Source: Chloroflexota bacterium (GTDB lineage: Bacteria > Chloroflexota > UBA11872 > VXOZ01). From it: 64,000 nt of DNA. Position 1 is the stretch's first letter, and each line of letters opens with the position of its first letter. Under the pieces are notes generated by a model. That model worked only from the letters and a program-made list of their open reading frames with translations. It made no database searches and was not told where the DNA came from. The stretch lies in the NCBI GenBank assembly GCA_963662335.2, contig CAXXVD010000004.1:203366-267365 (forward strand). Direction: 5' to 3'. The position numbers were made by a program, and so were the translations under genes. Below, in pieces: positions 32,533 to 43,272 of this stretch.

Positions 32533-33615
32533 TTAGCGCAGGCGTTCGATGAGGGCATCGGCCACGTCCGACGTGCCGGCCGCCGTCGGGTCGTTGCGGT
32601 CGGGCTTCATGTCGTACGTTACGTGCGTGCCCTCGGCGATGACGTCAGCCAGCGCCCCTTCCATCCGGTTCGCGGCATCCTGCTCGCCCAGGTGCCGGAG
32701 CATCATCACGGCGGAGAACATCTGCGCCATCGGGTTCACCTTATTCTGGCCGGTGTACTTGGGCGCGCTGCCGTGAATAGGCTCGAAGAGCGCCGCCTGG
32801 TCGCCGATGTTCGCACCCGGGGCCACGCCCAGCCCCCCCACCAAGCCGGCGGATAGGTCGGACAGAATATCGCCGTACAGGTTGGGCATCACCATCACGT
32901 CGAACTGCTCCGGCCGGCGCACCAGTTGCATGCAGGTCGCGTCCACGATCATGTCCCAAAACTCGATCTCCGGGTAGTCTTCCGCCACCTCGCGGGCCAC
33001 CCGCAGGAAGAGGCCGTCCGAGTGTTTCTGGATGTTGGCCTTGTGGATGGCCTGCACGCTCTTGCGCCCGTTCGCCCGCGCGTACTCGAAAGCGAACTTG
33101 ACGATGCGGCGCGAACCCTCGACGGAGATCGGCTTGATGGTAATGCCGGAATCCAGGGGAATGCTGCTGCCGTGGTGGGCGCGGATGAAGTGGATAAGCT
33201 CCAGCGCGTCGCCCGCGCCTTCCTCGAACTCGATACCGGCGTACAAGTCTTCCAGGTTCTCGCGCACCACCACGATGTCGATGTCGTCGAAACGCGATTG
33301 CACGCCGGTGTAGCTCTTGCAGGGCCGCAAGTTGGCGTAGCACTTCAGTTCCTTGCGCAGGGTGACGTTGAGGCTGCGAAAGCCGGTGCCCACCGGGGTG
33401 GTAATCGGCCCCTTGATTCCGACCTTGTTGCGGCGCAAGGAGTCGATAACTGACTGCGGCAGCAGTTCGCCGGTCTCTTCGAAGACGTGCAAACCCGCTT
33501 CTTGCACGTCCCACGTTATGTCAAGGCCAAGCGCCTCGACCACGCGGCAGGTCGCTTCCGTAATCTCGGGACCCACGCCGTCGCCCGGAATAAGGGTAAT
33601 TGTATACGCCACCAA
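32533..33615 (-). CDS. Isocitrate/isopropylmalate dehydrogenase family (NAD-type isocitrate dehydrogenase-like)
   Basis: [46 protein letters not shown]. Confidence 0.9.
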   Translation of the reverse strand: MVAYTITLIPGDGVGPEITEATCRVVEALGLDITWDVQEAGLHVFEETGELLPQSVIDSLRRNKVGIKGPITTPVGTGFRSLNVTLRKELKCYANLRPCKSYTGVQSRFDDIDIVVVRENLEDLYAGIEFEEGAGDALELIHFIRAHHGSSIPLDSGITIKPISVEGSRRIVKFAFEYARANGRKSVQAIHKANIQKHSDGLFLRVAREVAEDYPEIEFWDMIVDATCMQLVRRPEQFDVMVMPNLYGDILSDLSAGLVGGLGVAPGANIGDQAALFEPIHGSAPKYTGQNKVNPMAQMFSAVMMLRHLGEQDAANRMEGALADVIAEGTHVTYDMKPDRNDPTAAGTSDVADALIERLR

Positions 33616-33824
33616 GCATTCTCCTGTTCAATCGGAAATTTCAGTTCGTACGCGGCCCGCGCCGTTTTCACACGTCGCACAATTGCTATTCCTCCCTCGC
33701 ATTATATACTGTGACTACGTGGTTCGCCAGAATACGCATTCGCCGGGGCCGCGGCGCAGGCGCCGCAGCCGGCTGCCACGGGCGAGCCGGCCACCCGAGC
33801 GCATAGATACAAGGCACTCGCACT

Positions 33825-34283
33825 ATGAAGCAGAAACTCACGTGGCTCTTCGTCCTCGCCTTTTCGGGGATTATCGGCCTGGGCATCATGTTCATGACCG
33901 CGCCGCGCAACCACGTCTACGATCCGCGCATCGACGAACGCAACACGGCGATCGTGACCACGCGGCCGCAGGACATCATGGAAGCGATCCTTGCCCGCGC
34001 CGAAGGCCTGCCCAAGCAGGACATCGACATCATCGAGGCGCAGAACTCCCTGCCCACCTACGTGCGCTACTTCCCCATCCGGCGCTACACGGTCACGCGC
34101 GTGCGCATCCGCGCCAACGAACCGCTGTGGCTGGACGCCTTCACGGTTGAGCCAACCTACGAGTACATCATCACGGCCGACGTGGAATACGCCGACCGCG
34201 ACCAACGCCAAATCACGGTACACGTCACGCGCCCCGGCATGTTCACCGGCTTTTCGATACGCACCTCGCTCTTTACGCCGTAG
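33825..34283 (+). CDS. Hypothetical protein with N-terminal membrane anchor
   Basis: 152-aa ORF, host-like codon usage, one hydrophobic N-terminal helix. Confidence 0.7.
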   Translation: MKQKLTWLFVLAFSGIIGLGIMFMTAPRNHVYDPRIDERNTAIVTTRPQDIMEAILARAEGLPKQDIDIIEAQNSLPTYVRYFPIRRYTVTRVRIRANEPLWLDAFTVEPTYEYIITADVEYADRDQRQITVHVTRPGMFTGFSIRTSLFTP

Positions 34284-34385
34284 ACGGTTTGCTCGAGGCA
34301 TGTTCCTAGGCCGCTGCGGGAGAGGAGCAGAACCTGCCCTGCGCTCTATACGTTGATGAGGGTAGAGCATCGGAACGGAATCACT

Positions 34386-35441
34386 ATGCGCGGCAAGAGA
34401 AGCGCTTCACCGGACACCGGCCCGCGCGCGGGCCCCGGCGGTACCGTCTTCGACGAGGTCGCCGTCTGCGACACCGTTGCCGTAGCCGCAAGCGTGCTCA
34501 TTCCGACGTGGAACGGCAGAGAACTGCTGCGCGCCTGCTTAGATACGCTGGCGCGGCAGACGTTCCGTGATTTCGAAGTGGTCGTGGCGGAAAACGGCTC
34601 TCGCGACGGCACGCTCGACATGCTGCGCCGCGAGTATGCCTGGGTACGCGTCGTTCCTCTCGACCGCAATCTTGGCTTCGCGCGCGGCGTGCACGCGGCG
34701 TACAACGCCGCCAAAGGAGACCTGATCGTCTTGCTCAACAACGATACCGAAGCGGCGCCAACGTGGCTGGCAGAGCTTGTGAACGCAGCCAATCACCATC
34801 CGGAGGCCGCCTCCTTTGCGTGCAAGATCCTCCTACATCAGGATCGCGGACGCTTGCACTCGGCCGGCGACTACTGCGGCTCCGACGGCATGCCGGGAAA
34901 CCGCGGCGTCTGGGAAGAGGACGGCCCCGCCTTCAGCGAGCGCGGCTGGGTGTTCGGGGCGCAGGGCGCCGCCTGCGCGTACCGCCGCAGCCTGCTGGAG
35001 ACTATTGGCTTCTTCGATGAAGGCCTCGTCTCCTACTGCGAGGACGTAGACTTGAACTGGCGCGCCAATCTGCGGGGCTATCGCTGCCTCTACGTGCCGG
35101 AAGCCCGCGTCTACCACCACGTCTCCGCCACCGGCGGCGGGCCGCTCGCAAGCTACTATAGCGGTCGCAACATCATCGCGGTTGCCGTCAAAGACATGCC
35201 TGGGCCGTTGTGGCGGCGACACTGGCGGCAAATAGCCAAGCGACAGTTGACGCTCGCGCTCGACGCCGCGCGCAGCTTTCGGGGCGAGGCCGCGCGCGCG
35301 CGGCTGCGCGGACAGCTTGCGGGTCTCATGCTCATTCCCGCCATGCTGCGCAAGCGCCGCGCCATACAAGGGCAGGCAACGGCAGACCTGGCGCGAATCG
35401 AGCAGTTGATGGGCCCGTGGATACTCCCGCTCAAGCAGTAA
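34386..35441 (+). CDS. Glycosyltransferase family 2
   Basis: IPTWNG, NGSRDGT, NLGFA, LLNNDT, YCEDVDL; start uncertain. Confidence 0.88.
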   Translation: MRGKRSASPDTGPRAGPGGTVFDEVAVCDTVAVAASVLIPTWNGRELLRACLDTLARQTFRDFEVVVAENGSRDGTLDMLRREYAWVRVVPLDRNLGFARGVHAAYNAAKGDLIVLLNNDTEAAPTWLAELVNAANHHPEAASFACKILLHQDRGRLHSAGDYCGSDGMPGNRGVWEEDGPAFSERGWVFGAQGAACAYRRSLLETIGFFDEGLVSYCEDVDLNWRANLRGYRCLYVPEARVYHHVSATGGGPLASYYSGRNIIAVAVKDMPGPLWRRHWRQIAKRQLTLALDAARSFRGEAARARLRGQLAGLMLIPAMLRKRRAIQGQATADLARIEQLMGPWILPLKQ

Positions 35442-35585
35442 CGGCGTTGGCATGTGCCTGCCGGCCGTCACAGCCAATCTGAAGGAGTCCCCACCGCAGC
35501 TTGCTCCAATACGCTTGCAAGACAGTCCGGCTGCCCTATACTACGAGCAACAGCACGCACATCCAACGCAACCAAAGGAGCGATC

Positions 35586-35966
35586 ATGCCCATGAAGTTT
35601 CTCAAGCGCCTCCTCGGCGGCCCGGAGGAAGACGCTGAACCAGGCGCCGACCCGAACCTGCTGTGGTACTACGTTCGCTGCAACCGGTGCGGCGAGACCA
35701 TTGCGATCATGGCGCGCAAGGGGTACGACCTGGTTGAAGAATTCGCGGAATCAAGCGATGAATCAAGCGGCGCCGACGCGCCCATCGGCTACAGCCTCTA
35801 TAAGGACGCCATGGGCCGCAGCGATACGTGCTTCCAGCACATGCGGATCGAGATTCACTATAACGTACAGTATGAGGAGCAAAGCCGGCACATCGAGGGT
35901 GGCACGTTCATCACGGCTGAAGAGTACCACGCCGGCGCCGATGGAGACGCGCGCGCCGAAGAGTAG
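35586..35966 (+). CDS. Hypothetical protein with CxxC motif
   Basis: ATG after AAGGAG; YYVRCNRCGE plus a later Cys. Confidence 0.7.
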   Translation: MPMKFLKRLLGGPEEDAEPGADPNLLWYYVRCNRCGETIAIMARKGYDLVEEFAESSDESSGADAPIGYSLYKDAMGRSDTCFQHMRIEIHYNVQYEEQSRHIEGGTFITAEEYHAGADGDARAEE

Positions 35967-35978
35967 AGAGAACTCGCG

Positions 35979-37430
35979 ATGAACCCAGGACTGCCGGCCG
36001 CTCCCCCGCGACGCAGCACGCTCGCCGGTACCGCGTGGATCCCGCTCTTCATCGTCGCTGTCGTGCTGCTCGGCGTCGTCATCGGCTGGGGAGCGGCCAA
36101 CCTCTCGCCGCTTGCGCTGCTCTTCCTACTCTTTCTGCTTGCCGGGCTGCTTGGGAGTATCGCGGTTGCCTTCCAACCGGGCCTCGCGCTCATCGGGCTG
36201 ATCGCAATCGTGTGGGTATTGCCGTTCGGCACGCTGCCGTTCCGCATCGGCTTTCGCTTTAGCTTTCTGGATCTGGCGACCGGCGCGCTGCTCTTTCTCT
36301 TCGCGTGGCAAGTGTGCACGCGCCGCTTGCGTCTCCCGCCGCGCGCGCCCCTTATCGCCGTTGCGCTCTACGCCCTCTTGCTCCTCGTGGCCGCCGCCAA
36401 CGGTCTGCGTTTCGGCCTGACCGAAGACGCCGTCACGCACTCGCTCAAGCTGGCCTCGAGCGCGTTCCTGTTCGTCATGCTCACGACCTGGCTGCAAACG
36501 GAGAGAGCCATCCGGCGCGCGGCCGCGTGGTTTCTCGCGTGCGCCGCCGGCGAAGCGCTGCTTGGCGTGCTGTTCTACTTCCTGCCCGCGGCGCACACGA
36601 TCAGAATCCTCTCGCAACTGGATCCATTCGGCTATCCGGCCGGCGGCGCCGTACTGCGCTACATTGCCGGCACGCCCTTGCTCCGCGCTACCGGAACCAG
36701 CATCGACCCCAACATGCTCGGCGGCGCTTTGGTATTCGCCATTGCGTTTGGCGTGGCGCTCTGGGCGCATCAACCGCGGCGTTGGTGGGTGCTCGGACTG
36801 GTGGGCCTCTTCTTGCTCTGCCTCCTCCTCACCCGGTCGCGCGCCGCCTTGCTGGGCAGCGGCGCGGCCATCGCGGCGCTCACGGTACTGCGCTACCGCT
36901 GGCTGCTATGGCTCTACCCCGTCGGCGGCCTGGCAATCGTCGCCCTCCCCCAAACGCGCGCCATGCTCCTGCACCTTATCTCCGGGCTGCGCGCGCAGGA
37001 TCGGGCGGCGGCGATGCGTCTCGATGAGTATGCCAAGTCCTTTCAACTCATCCAGGAATTTCCGGTGCTTGGCGTGGGATTCGGCCCGGCGCCAAGCATA
37101 GACACGTTCGTCGGCGTCTCGAGCATCTACTTGCAACTCGCCGAATTGGGAGGAGTACTCACCCTTGCCGCCTTCTGCCTGGCGGTTGGGGCCGCGCTCT
37201 GGAGCACGTGGCAGGGCTGGCGCGCGCACGGGGCGCCGGCGAATGAGTGGGTCGCGCTGGGCGCCATTGCCGGCTTGCTCGGCGCGCTCGTGACCGGACT
37301 CTTCGATCATCATTATGTCGTCTTCCCGCACTTGGCAACACTCTTCTGGCTCGTCGCCGGACTTGGCGCCGCGGCTGCGTGGGTGTCGACGTCGTCGCAG
37401 GCGCGGCAAGACCCGAAACACACCACTTAA
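35979..37430 (+). CDS. O-antigen ligase/polymerase-like membrane protein
   Basis: Many TM helices, RATGT..DPN..G, LTRSRAA, PVLGVGFG. Confidence 0.85.
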   Translation: MNPGLPAAPPRRSTLAGTAWIPLFIVAVVLLGVVIGWGAANLSPLALLFLLFLLAGLLGSIAVAFQPGLALIGLIAIVWVLPFGTLPFRIGFRFSFLDLATGALLFLFAWQVCTRRLRLPPRAPLIAVALYALLLLVAAANGLRFGLTEDAVTHSLKLASSAFLFVMLTTWLQTERAIRRAAAWFLACAAGEALLGVLFYFLPAAHTIRILSQLDPFGYPAGGAVLRYIAGTPLLRATGTSIDPNMLGGALVFAIAFGVALWAHQPRRWWVLGLVGLFLLCLLLTRSRAALLGSGAAIAALTVLRYRWLLWLYPVGGLAIVALPQTRAMLLHLISGLRAQDRAAAMRLDEYAKSFQLIQEFPVLGVGFGPAPSIDTFVGVSSIYLQLAELGGVLTLAAFCLAVGAALWSTWQGWRAHGAPANEWVALGAIAGLLGALVTGLFDHHYVVFPHLATLFWLVAGLGAAAAWVSTSSQARQDPKHTT

Positions 37431-37582
37431 TGCAATTTCGTCGAAGATACTGCCGCATGATGCTATGATGAGTGCTGACCGCGTCGAACGAGGGATTTGC
37501 CGTCTACGACGAAGTCGCCATTCACAGAATCCCGCAGAGCCGCGTGAAGCACGGAGAATCCCACCCAAACCCAGCATCAGGC

Positions 37583-38707
37583 ATGAAGATTGGCATCGAT
37601 TGCCGCCTGCACTACTACAATCGCACGGGTATCGGCCGTTACATTCGCAACCTCGTTCAGGAGTTCCCACACTGCGCCGCAGCCGATGTGGAGTTGATTC
37701 TCTTCCAGAGTAGGCGGGAACGGGAGGCGCTCATGCAAGCGCCGGCGATACGCCGTCGCACGGTCTTGACGCCGGCGCATCACCGCTGGGAACGGTGGCT
37801 GTTGGCGGCGGAGATCGGGCTGAGCAACGTGGACGTGCTGCACAGTCCCGACCACGTTGCGCCGCATCGCCGCGGCTGGCAGAGCGTGGTTTCGATACTC
37901 GACCTCACCTTCCTGGCGCATCCGGAGACCCACAGTCCTGAGAGCCTTCGCTACTACGCGCAGGTCTTTCGCACGCTGCGTCACGCGGCCAAGGTGATTA
38001 CTATATCGGACTTCACCCGGCACGAGGTCCTCAACCGCGTCTCCATTGCGCCGGAGCGGGTGGAGACCGTCCCCTTGGCGGCAGACCCGGCCTACTACCC
38101 GCGCCCCCAAACCGCTTGCGCACGTCTCAGAAGACGCCTTGAGATTCCCCATCCATACTTTCTCGTTGTTGGCACGATCGAAGCGCGCAAGAATCTTGAG
38201 CGCCTTATCACCGCGTACGCCTCGCTGCCGCGGCGAGATCGCCCCCACCTGGTCTTTGCCGGCGGCAGAGGCTACCAGTACGAGCGAGTCCTCGAAGCGG
38301 TACAAGCGTACCGCGTGGAGGATCAGGTGCGCTTTCTCGGGCACGTTGACGACGCCGACCTGCCGCTGCTCTACTCCGGGGCCTTCTGTCTGCTCTATCC
38401 TTCCCGCTACGAAGGCTTTGGCTTGCCTATTCTCGAAGCGATGGCTTGCGGCTGTCCGGTGATTACGTCCAACTGCGGGAGCATGGCGGAGGTCGCCGGT
38501 GATGCCGCCGTTCTCGTGGATCCGCTTTCCACGGAGTCGCTCGCGGCGGGCATCGCCGCACTCATGGAACAGCCGGCGCTGCGGGACGATCTGGTGGCGA
38601 AGGGCTTTGCCCGCGCGCGGCAGTTCTCCTGGCGCACCACGGCTGAGAAGACGCTCGCCGTCTACCGGCAGGTGGCGGCCGCGACGCAGTCGGCGGAGGT
38701 TCACTGA
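37583..38707 (+). CDS. Glycosyltransferase family 4
   Basis: GIGRY, GTIEARKN, EGFGLPILEAMACG. Confidence 0.92.
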   Translation: MKIGIDCRLHYYNRTGIGRYIRNLVQEFPHCAAADVELILFQSRREREALMQAPAIRRRTVLTPAHHRWERWLLAAEIGLSNVDVLHSPDHVAPHRRGWQSVVSILDLTFLAHPETHSPESLRYYAQVFRTLRHAAKVITISDFTRHEVLNRVSIAPERVETVPLAADPAYYPRPQTACARLRRRLEIPHPYFLVVGTIEARKNLERLITAYASLPRRDRPHLVFAGGRGYQYERVLEAVQAYRVEDQVRFLGHVDDADLPLLYSGAFCLLYPSRYEGFGLPILEAMACGCPVITSNCGSMAEVAGDAAVLVDPLSTESLAAGIAALMEQPALRDDLVAKGFARARQFSWRTTAEKTLAVYRQVAAATQSAEVH

Positions 38708-39915
38708 TGCGCGTGCTCTTCCTCACGCCGCAACCGCCTTGGCCGCCGCACACCGGTCCTGCCGTCCGCAACTACCAACTCATTGCCGGCGCCGCCGCGC
38801 GCCACAGCGTCTACGTGCTCTGCTTTGGCGATGCCGACACGGACCTCAGCGCGCTCGATGAACTCTGCAGCTGGGCGGGGTGGGTAGCACGGCCCCATCC
38901 GAATCTTCGCAAACGCATCCGGCGCCTGCTGGGCAGCCCCGAACCGGACCTGGCGCTCCGCCTGTGGAGCGAGCCCTTCGCCGAGCGCCTGCGCTTCATC
39001 CTGGCGCACCAGCGCTTCGACATCGTGCAATGCGCAGGCTTGGAGATGGCTCCCTACCTCGCCGTGGCGAAAGCGCAGAGCCTCAAGAGCCGCCTCGTGC
39101 TCGACGAGTACAACGTCGAGTACCTCTTGCAAGAACGCATAGCCGCCGTCTCCCACACGGTGGGGCGTTGGTACTCACGCGAACAAGCGCGGCGGCTGCG
39201 TGGGTATGAATCAAGAGCGCTCGCCGCGAGCGACGGCTGGATCGCCGTTTCCGAGAGAGACGCAACCGTGCTGAAGCCCCTCTCTGCCGGCAAGCCTCAC
39301 GCGGTCATTCCCATCGGCGTCGCTCCGGCAGACCATGCGCCCCCGGAGAAACCCCTGGCAAGATCCCCGCGTCTCTTCTTTGCCGGCACGCTAGACTACC
39401 GCCCGAACCGGGATGGTTTGCGCTGGTTCTGCACGCGCGTCTGGCCGCTCATTCGCGCCGAAGCGCCCACGGCTGAATTCATAATTGCCGGTTCAGGCGC
39501 GGGCCGGGGCAGCGTATGGTTCCGTCAGCCGGGGATACACCTCCTCGGCTACCTGGACGAGCGGGAATTCGCGCAGGCACTGGGCGGCGCGTGGGTCGTG
39601 GTAGCGCCGCTGCGGGCGGGGAGCGGTATGCGCGTCAAGATACTGGAGGCCTTCCTGTGGGCGAAGCCGGTCGTAACCACCAGCGTCGGCATCGAGGGCA
39701 TCGCCGCCGCGCCGGGCGAACACGTGCGCATCGGCGATACGCCGGAAACCTTTGCCGCGCACACAATAGAGTTGCTGCGCGATCGGCTCCTGGCCGCAGA
39801 GCAAGGCCAAGCGGCCAAACGCCTGGCGGAGGAACTCTACGATTGGCGGCGCTTCAGCCCGCGCCTGCTTGACTTCTACGAGCGCCTCATGGAACCGCGC
39901 CATGCCCACGTGTAG
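38707..39915 (+). CDS. Glycosyltransferase family 4
   Basis: P.PP.TG..R, GTLDYRPN, GSGMRVKILEA. Confidence 0.9.
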   Translation: MRVLFLTPQPPWPPHTGPAVRNYQLIAGAAARHSVYVLCFGDADTDLSALDELCSWAGWVARPHPNLRKRIRRLLGSPEPDLALRLWSEPFAERLRFILAHQRFDIVQCAGLEMAPYLAVAKAQSLKSRLVLDEYNVEYLLQERIAAVSHTVGRWYSREQARRLRGYESRALAASDGWIAVSERDATVLKPLSAGKPHAVIPIGVAPADHAPPEKPLARSPRLFFAGTLDYRPNRDGLRWFCTRVWPLIRAEAPTAEFIIAGSGAGRGSVWFRQPGIHLLGYLDEREFAQALGGAWVVVAPLRAGSGMRVKILEAFLWAKPVVTTSVGIEGIAAAPGEHVRIGDTPETFAAHTIELLRDRLLAAEQGQAAKRLAEELYDWRRFSPRLLDFYERLMEPRHAHV

Positions 39916-40930
39916 CGTTTCGCTGGTCATCACCGTGCGCAACGAGGAGGCGGCGCTGCCCGCGCTGCTGGCGTCGCTGGCAGCGCAGGAGCGCCCGCCG
40001 GACGAGATCGTCATCGCCGACGGCGGTTCCACCGATGGCACCGTACCCTTGTTGCGGTCCTTTGCCGCAAGCCGGCCGCGCTCCGCCGTTTCGACGCAAG
40101 CGGGAAACCCACGGCCCGCTAGCTCGTCATTCCCGCGCAAGCGGGAACCCGCCGTCATCGTGCTCGAACTGCCGGGCGCCAACATCGCCCAGGGACGCAA
40201 CGCCGCCATTCGCGCCGCCTGCGGGGACGTCATTGCCGTTACCGACGCCGGTGTCACGTTGCCTTCGTACTGGCTTGCCGAATTGGTGCGCCCGTTGGAA
40301 GAGCGGCCGGAAGTCGATATGGTCGGCGGCTACTCCCGCGCGGCGCCTCAGACGCCCTTCGAAGAACTCCTGGCGGCAACAACGCTGCCATTGGTGAGTG
40401 AAGTACGGGAAGCGGAATACCTCGCCTCCAGCCGCAGCGCCGCCTTCCGCCGCGCGCTGTGGGAAAGAGTCGGCGGCTATCCGGAGTGGCTCGACTATTG
40501 CGAAGACGTGGTCTTCGACCGCAATTGCCAGGCGACAGGCGCGCACATCGTCTTTCAGCCGGCTGCGAGCGTGCGCTTCCGTCCCCGCTCAAGTTTGCGC
40601 GCGTACTTCATCCAGTACTATCGCTACGCCCGGGGCGACGGCAAGGCGAACCTCTGGCCGGAACGCCACGCCCTCCGCTATGCCGCCTACCTGCTCGGCG
40701 GCCTCTTGCTCGGGCGCGGCCGGCGGAATCCGCTCTGGTGGGCCGTGCTCGGCGGCGCAGCCGTTGCCGCCGTCCGCAAGCCGCTCATGCGCGTCCTGAC
40801 CGATCCCGCACCGGGCCGCGGGCGCCCCGCGACCGCGCTCGCCGGTATTCTGTGGCTACGCATCGTGGGTGACATTGCCAAGATGGTTGGCTACCCGGTA
40901 GGAGTGTGGTGGCGATGGCGCAACCGCTGA
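39902..40930 (+). CDS. Glycosyltransferase family 2 carrying a REP-derived in-frame insert
   Basis: VRNEE, DGGSTDGT, GRNAAI, TDAG, GGYPEWL..CED. Confidence 0.9.
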   Translation: MPTCSVSLVITVRNEEAALPALLASLAAQERPPDEIVIADGGSTDGTVPLLRSFAASRPRSAVSTQAGNPRPASSSFPRKREPAVIVLELPGANIAQGRNAAIRAACGDVIAVTDAGVTLPSYWLAELVRPLEERPEVDMVGGYSRAAPQTPFEELLAATTLPLVSEVREAEYLASSRSAAFRRALWERVGGYPEWLDYCEDVVFDRNCQATGAHIVFQPAASVRFRPRSSLRAYFIQYYRYARGDGKANLWPERHALRYAAYLLGGLLLGRGRRNPLWWAVLGGAAVAAVRKPLMRVLTDPAPGRGRPATALAGILWLRIVGDIAKMVGYPVGVWWRWRNR

Positions 40931-41844
40931 GCGCGAAGTCTCCGGCGCTTTCCATCATCATCGTCACGCACAATGTCCCGGCGCTACTGCGCGCCTGCCT
41001 CGCCTCGCTCTATGCCAGCGACTTCGCGCACGGCTTTGAGGTCTTCGTCGTAGACAACGGCGACGACGACTCCCTCGCAATGGTGGCCGCCGCGTTTCCA
41101 GACGCCAAACGTATTCTGGGCTCACCGCACATTGGCTTTGCGGCCGGCAACAACCTGGCGTTGCCCCACGCCCGCGGCCGCTACGTGCTGCTGCTCAACC
41201 CGGATACGGAACTGCCGCCCACCGCGCTCTCGCAACTCTATGACGTGATGGAGGCGCATCCGCAGTGGGGCATAGTCGGCCCCAAACTCATTCGCGCCGA
41301 CGGGAGCCTGGACCTCGCCTGCCGCCGCTCGTTTCCCACGCCGTGGAACGCGCTCATGAAGGCCGCGGGCCTGGCAAGACGTTTCCCCCACTCGCGCCTC
41401 ACGGCCGGCTACAACCTCACCTACCTGGATCCCGATGAAAGCTACCCCCTCGACGCGGTAGTGGGCGCGTTCATGTTCATCCGCCGCGAAGCCCTCGCCC
41501 AAGCAGGGCCGCTGGACGATGTCTTCTTCATGTACGGCGAAGACCTTGACCTTTGCTATCGCATGAAGCAAGCTGGATGGCAGGTGTGGTACTGGCCGGC
41601 GGTTGCCGTACGCCACCTGAAAGGCGAGAGCAGCCGCCAGCGGCCCGGCCGCGTGACGTTCGAGTTCTTTCGCGCGATGCACGTGTTCTACGCCAAGCAC
41701 CAGGCGCCGCGCTATCCTTTCATCTTGAATGTCCTCGTCATCATGGCAATTTGGTTCTTCTTCCTGCTGGCCGCGCTCCGGCTCCGGCTGCGGCGGGGCC
41801 CCCGGCAACCGCCGCGGCTCACGGCGCTCTCGCAGCGGAGGTGA
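40915..41844 (+). CDS. Glycosyltransferase family 2 (rhamnosyltransferase-like)
   Basis: VVDN, GFAAGNN, LLNPDT, FMYGEDLDLC. Confidence 0.9.
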   Translation: MAQPLSAKSPALSIIIVTHNVPALLRACLASLYASDFAHGFEVFVVDNGDDDSLAMVAAAFPDAKRILGSPHIGFAAGNNLALPHARGRYVLLLNPDTELPPTALSQLYDVMEAHPQWGIVGPKLIRADGSLDLACRRSFPTPWNALMKAAGLARRFPHSRLTAGYNLTYLDPDESYPLDAVVGAFMFIRREALAQAGPLDDVFFMYGEDLDLCYRMKQAGWQVWYWPAVAVRHLKGESSRQRPGRVTFEFFRAMHVFYAKHQAPRYPFILNVLVIMAIWFFFLLAALRLRLRRGPRQPPRLTALSQRR

Positions 41845-41850
41845 CGCGGC

Positions 41851-43272
41851 GTGTCAAGAAGAAGTCTAAGCTTCAGTTTCGTAGCCCTCTGGTTGTTGTG
41901 GGACGCCCTGGCGGTCGCCGCTGCCGTCCTCTGCGCCTACTACGTCCGCTTCACGCTGGGGTGGCCGCCGCCGGAGCACATCCACTCCCTGGCGGTCTAC
42001 TTCCGGTTCTGGTTCCTCCTGACCGGTACCTACATGGCCCTGATGCTGATCTACGGCCTGTACCGCCCGGAGCGTTTGGTGCCCGCGGAAGAATACTTCC
42101 TCAAGATCTTTGCCGCCTGCATCTTGGGCACGGTCATCGCAGTCGGCATCGCTACCTTCTTCTGGCGGGAGGGCTTCGCCTATTCCCGGCTCCTCATCGG
42201 CTACGCGGCAGTCCTCAGCGTTCTCTTCCTCACGGGCGAGCGCGTCGTTCTTTCTCTATTGCGCGGCGCGCTGCACCGGCGCAACATCGGCACGGTGCGC
42301 ACCGTCATCGTGGGACACGGCGCCGGCAGCGAGATCGTGCACGACCACCTCCGACGTCTGCCTCAACTCGGCTATGAGGTGATCGGCACTCTGGATGACG
42401 ACATCCGCGGCGATGACGACCCTGACGGACACCTGCACCGCTTGCGCTATCCGTTGCTGGGAAGAGTGGACCTGCTTCCGCACGTCATCAGGGAACATGA
42501 CGTGCGCGAGATCATCATCACGCTGCCAACGCTCAATACCGAAGAACTGTTGAACATACTTGATCTCTGCCCTACCGAGAACGTCCACATCCGGGTGCAC
42601 CCGGACCTCTTTCAGTTTCTGGTCACCACCGTCCAGGTGGACGAAATCTCCGGCCTGCCGCTGCTCACGGTCAAGGAACCCCGCCTGGCCGGTTGGCACC
42701 GGGCGGCCAAGCGCGCCATGGACGTGGTGGTTGCGGCCGGCACGTTGGTGATGCTTTCCGGGCCGATGCTACTGGTCGCCGTGCTGATTCGCTTCGACTC
42801 GGCCGGCCCGGCGTTCTTCGTCCAGGAGCGCGTGGGACACGACGGCAAGGCCTTTCCCATCATCAAGTTCCGCACGATGGTGGACGAAAGTTCCGGCCAG
42901 AACGGCCGCGACTGGACCATCCCCAACGACCCGCGCCGCACTCGCTTGGGCACGTTTCTGCGGCGCTTCTCCATCGACGAGTTGCCCAATCTGATCAACG
43001 TGCTGCTGGGCCACATGAGCCTGGTCGGGCCGCGCGCCGAACAGCCGCAGTACGTGCGCCGGTTCAGCGCCGAGATCCCACGCTACATGGAGCGCCACCG
43101 CGAGAAAGCCGGCATGACCGGCTGGGCGCAAGTGAACGGCCTGCGCGGCGACGTGCCCATCGAACAGCGCACCCAGTACGACCTCTACTACGTGGAGAAT
43201 TGGTCGATATTCTTCGACGTGCGCATTCTGCTGCGCACGTTGATCGCCATCTTCAACCAACCGGCATATTGA
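41851..43272 (+). CDS. Polyprenyl-phosphate sugar-1-phosphate transferase (WcaJ-like)
   Basis: N-terminal TMs, KRAMD, KFRTM, SIDELP.L.NVL.G.MSLVGPR, GMTGWAQVNG. Confidence 0.93.
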   Translation: MSRRSLSFSFVALWLLWDALAVAAAVLCAYYVRFTLGWPPPEHIHSLAVYFRFWFLLTGTYMALMLIYGLYRPERLVPAEEYFLKIFAACILGTVIAVGIATFFWREGFAYSRLLIGYAAVLSVLFLTGERVVLSLLRGALHRRNIGTVRTVIVGHGAGSEIVHDHLRRLPQLGYEVIGTLDDDIRGDDDPDGHLHRLRYPLLGRVDLLPHVIREHDVREIIITLPTLNTEELLNILDLCPTENVHIRVHPDLFQFLVTTVQVDEISGLPLLTVKEPRLAGWHRAAKRAMDVVVAAGTLVMLSGPMLLVAVLIRFDSAGPAFFVQERVGHDGKAFPIIKFRTMVDESSGQNGRDWTIPNDPRRTRLGTFLRRFSIDELPNLINVLLGHMSLVGPRAEQPQYVRRFSAEIPRYMERHREKAGMTGWAQVNGLRGDVPIEQRTQYDLYYVENWSIFFDVRILLRTLIAIFNQPAY

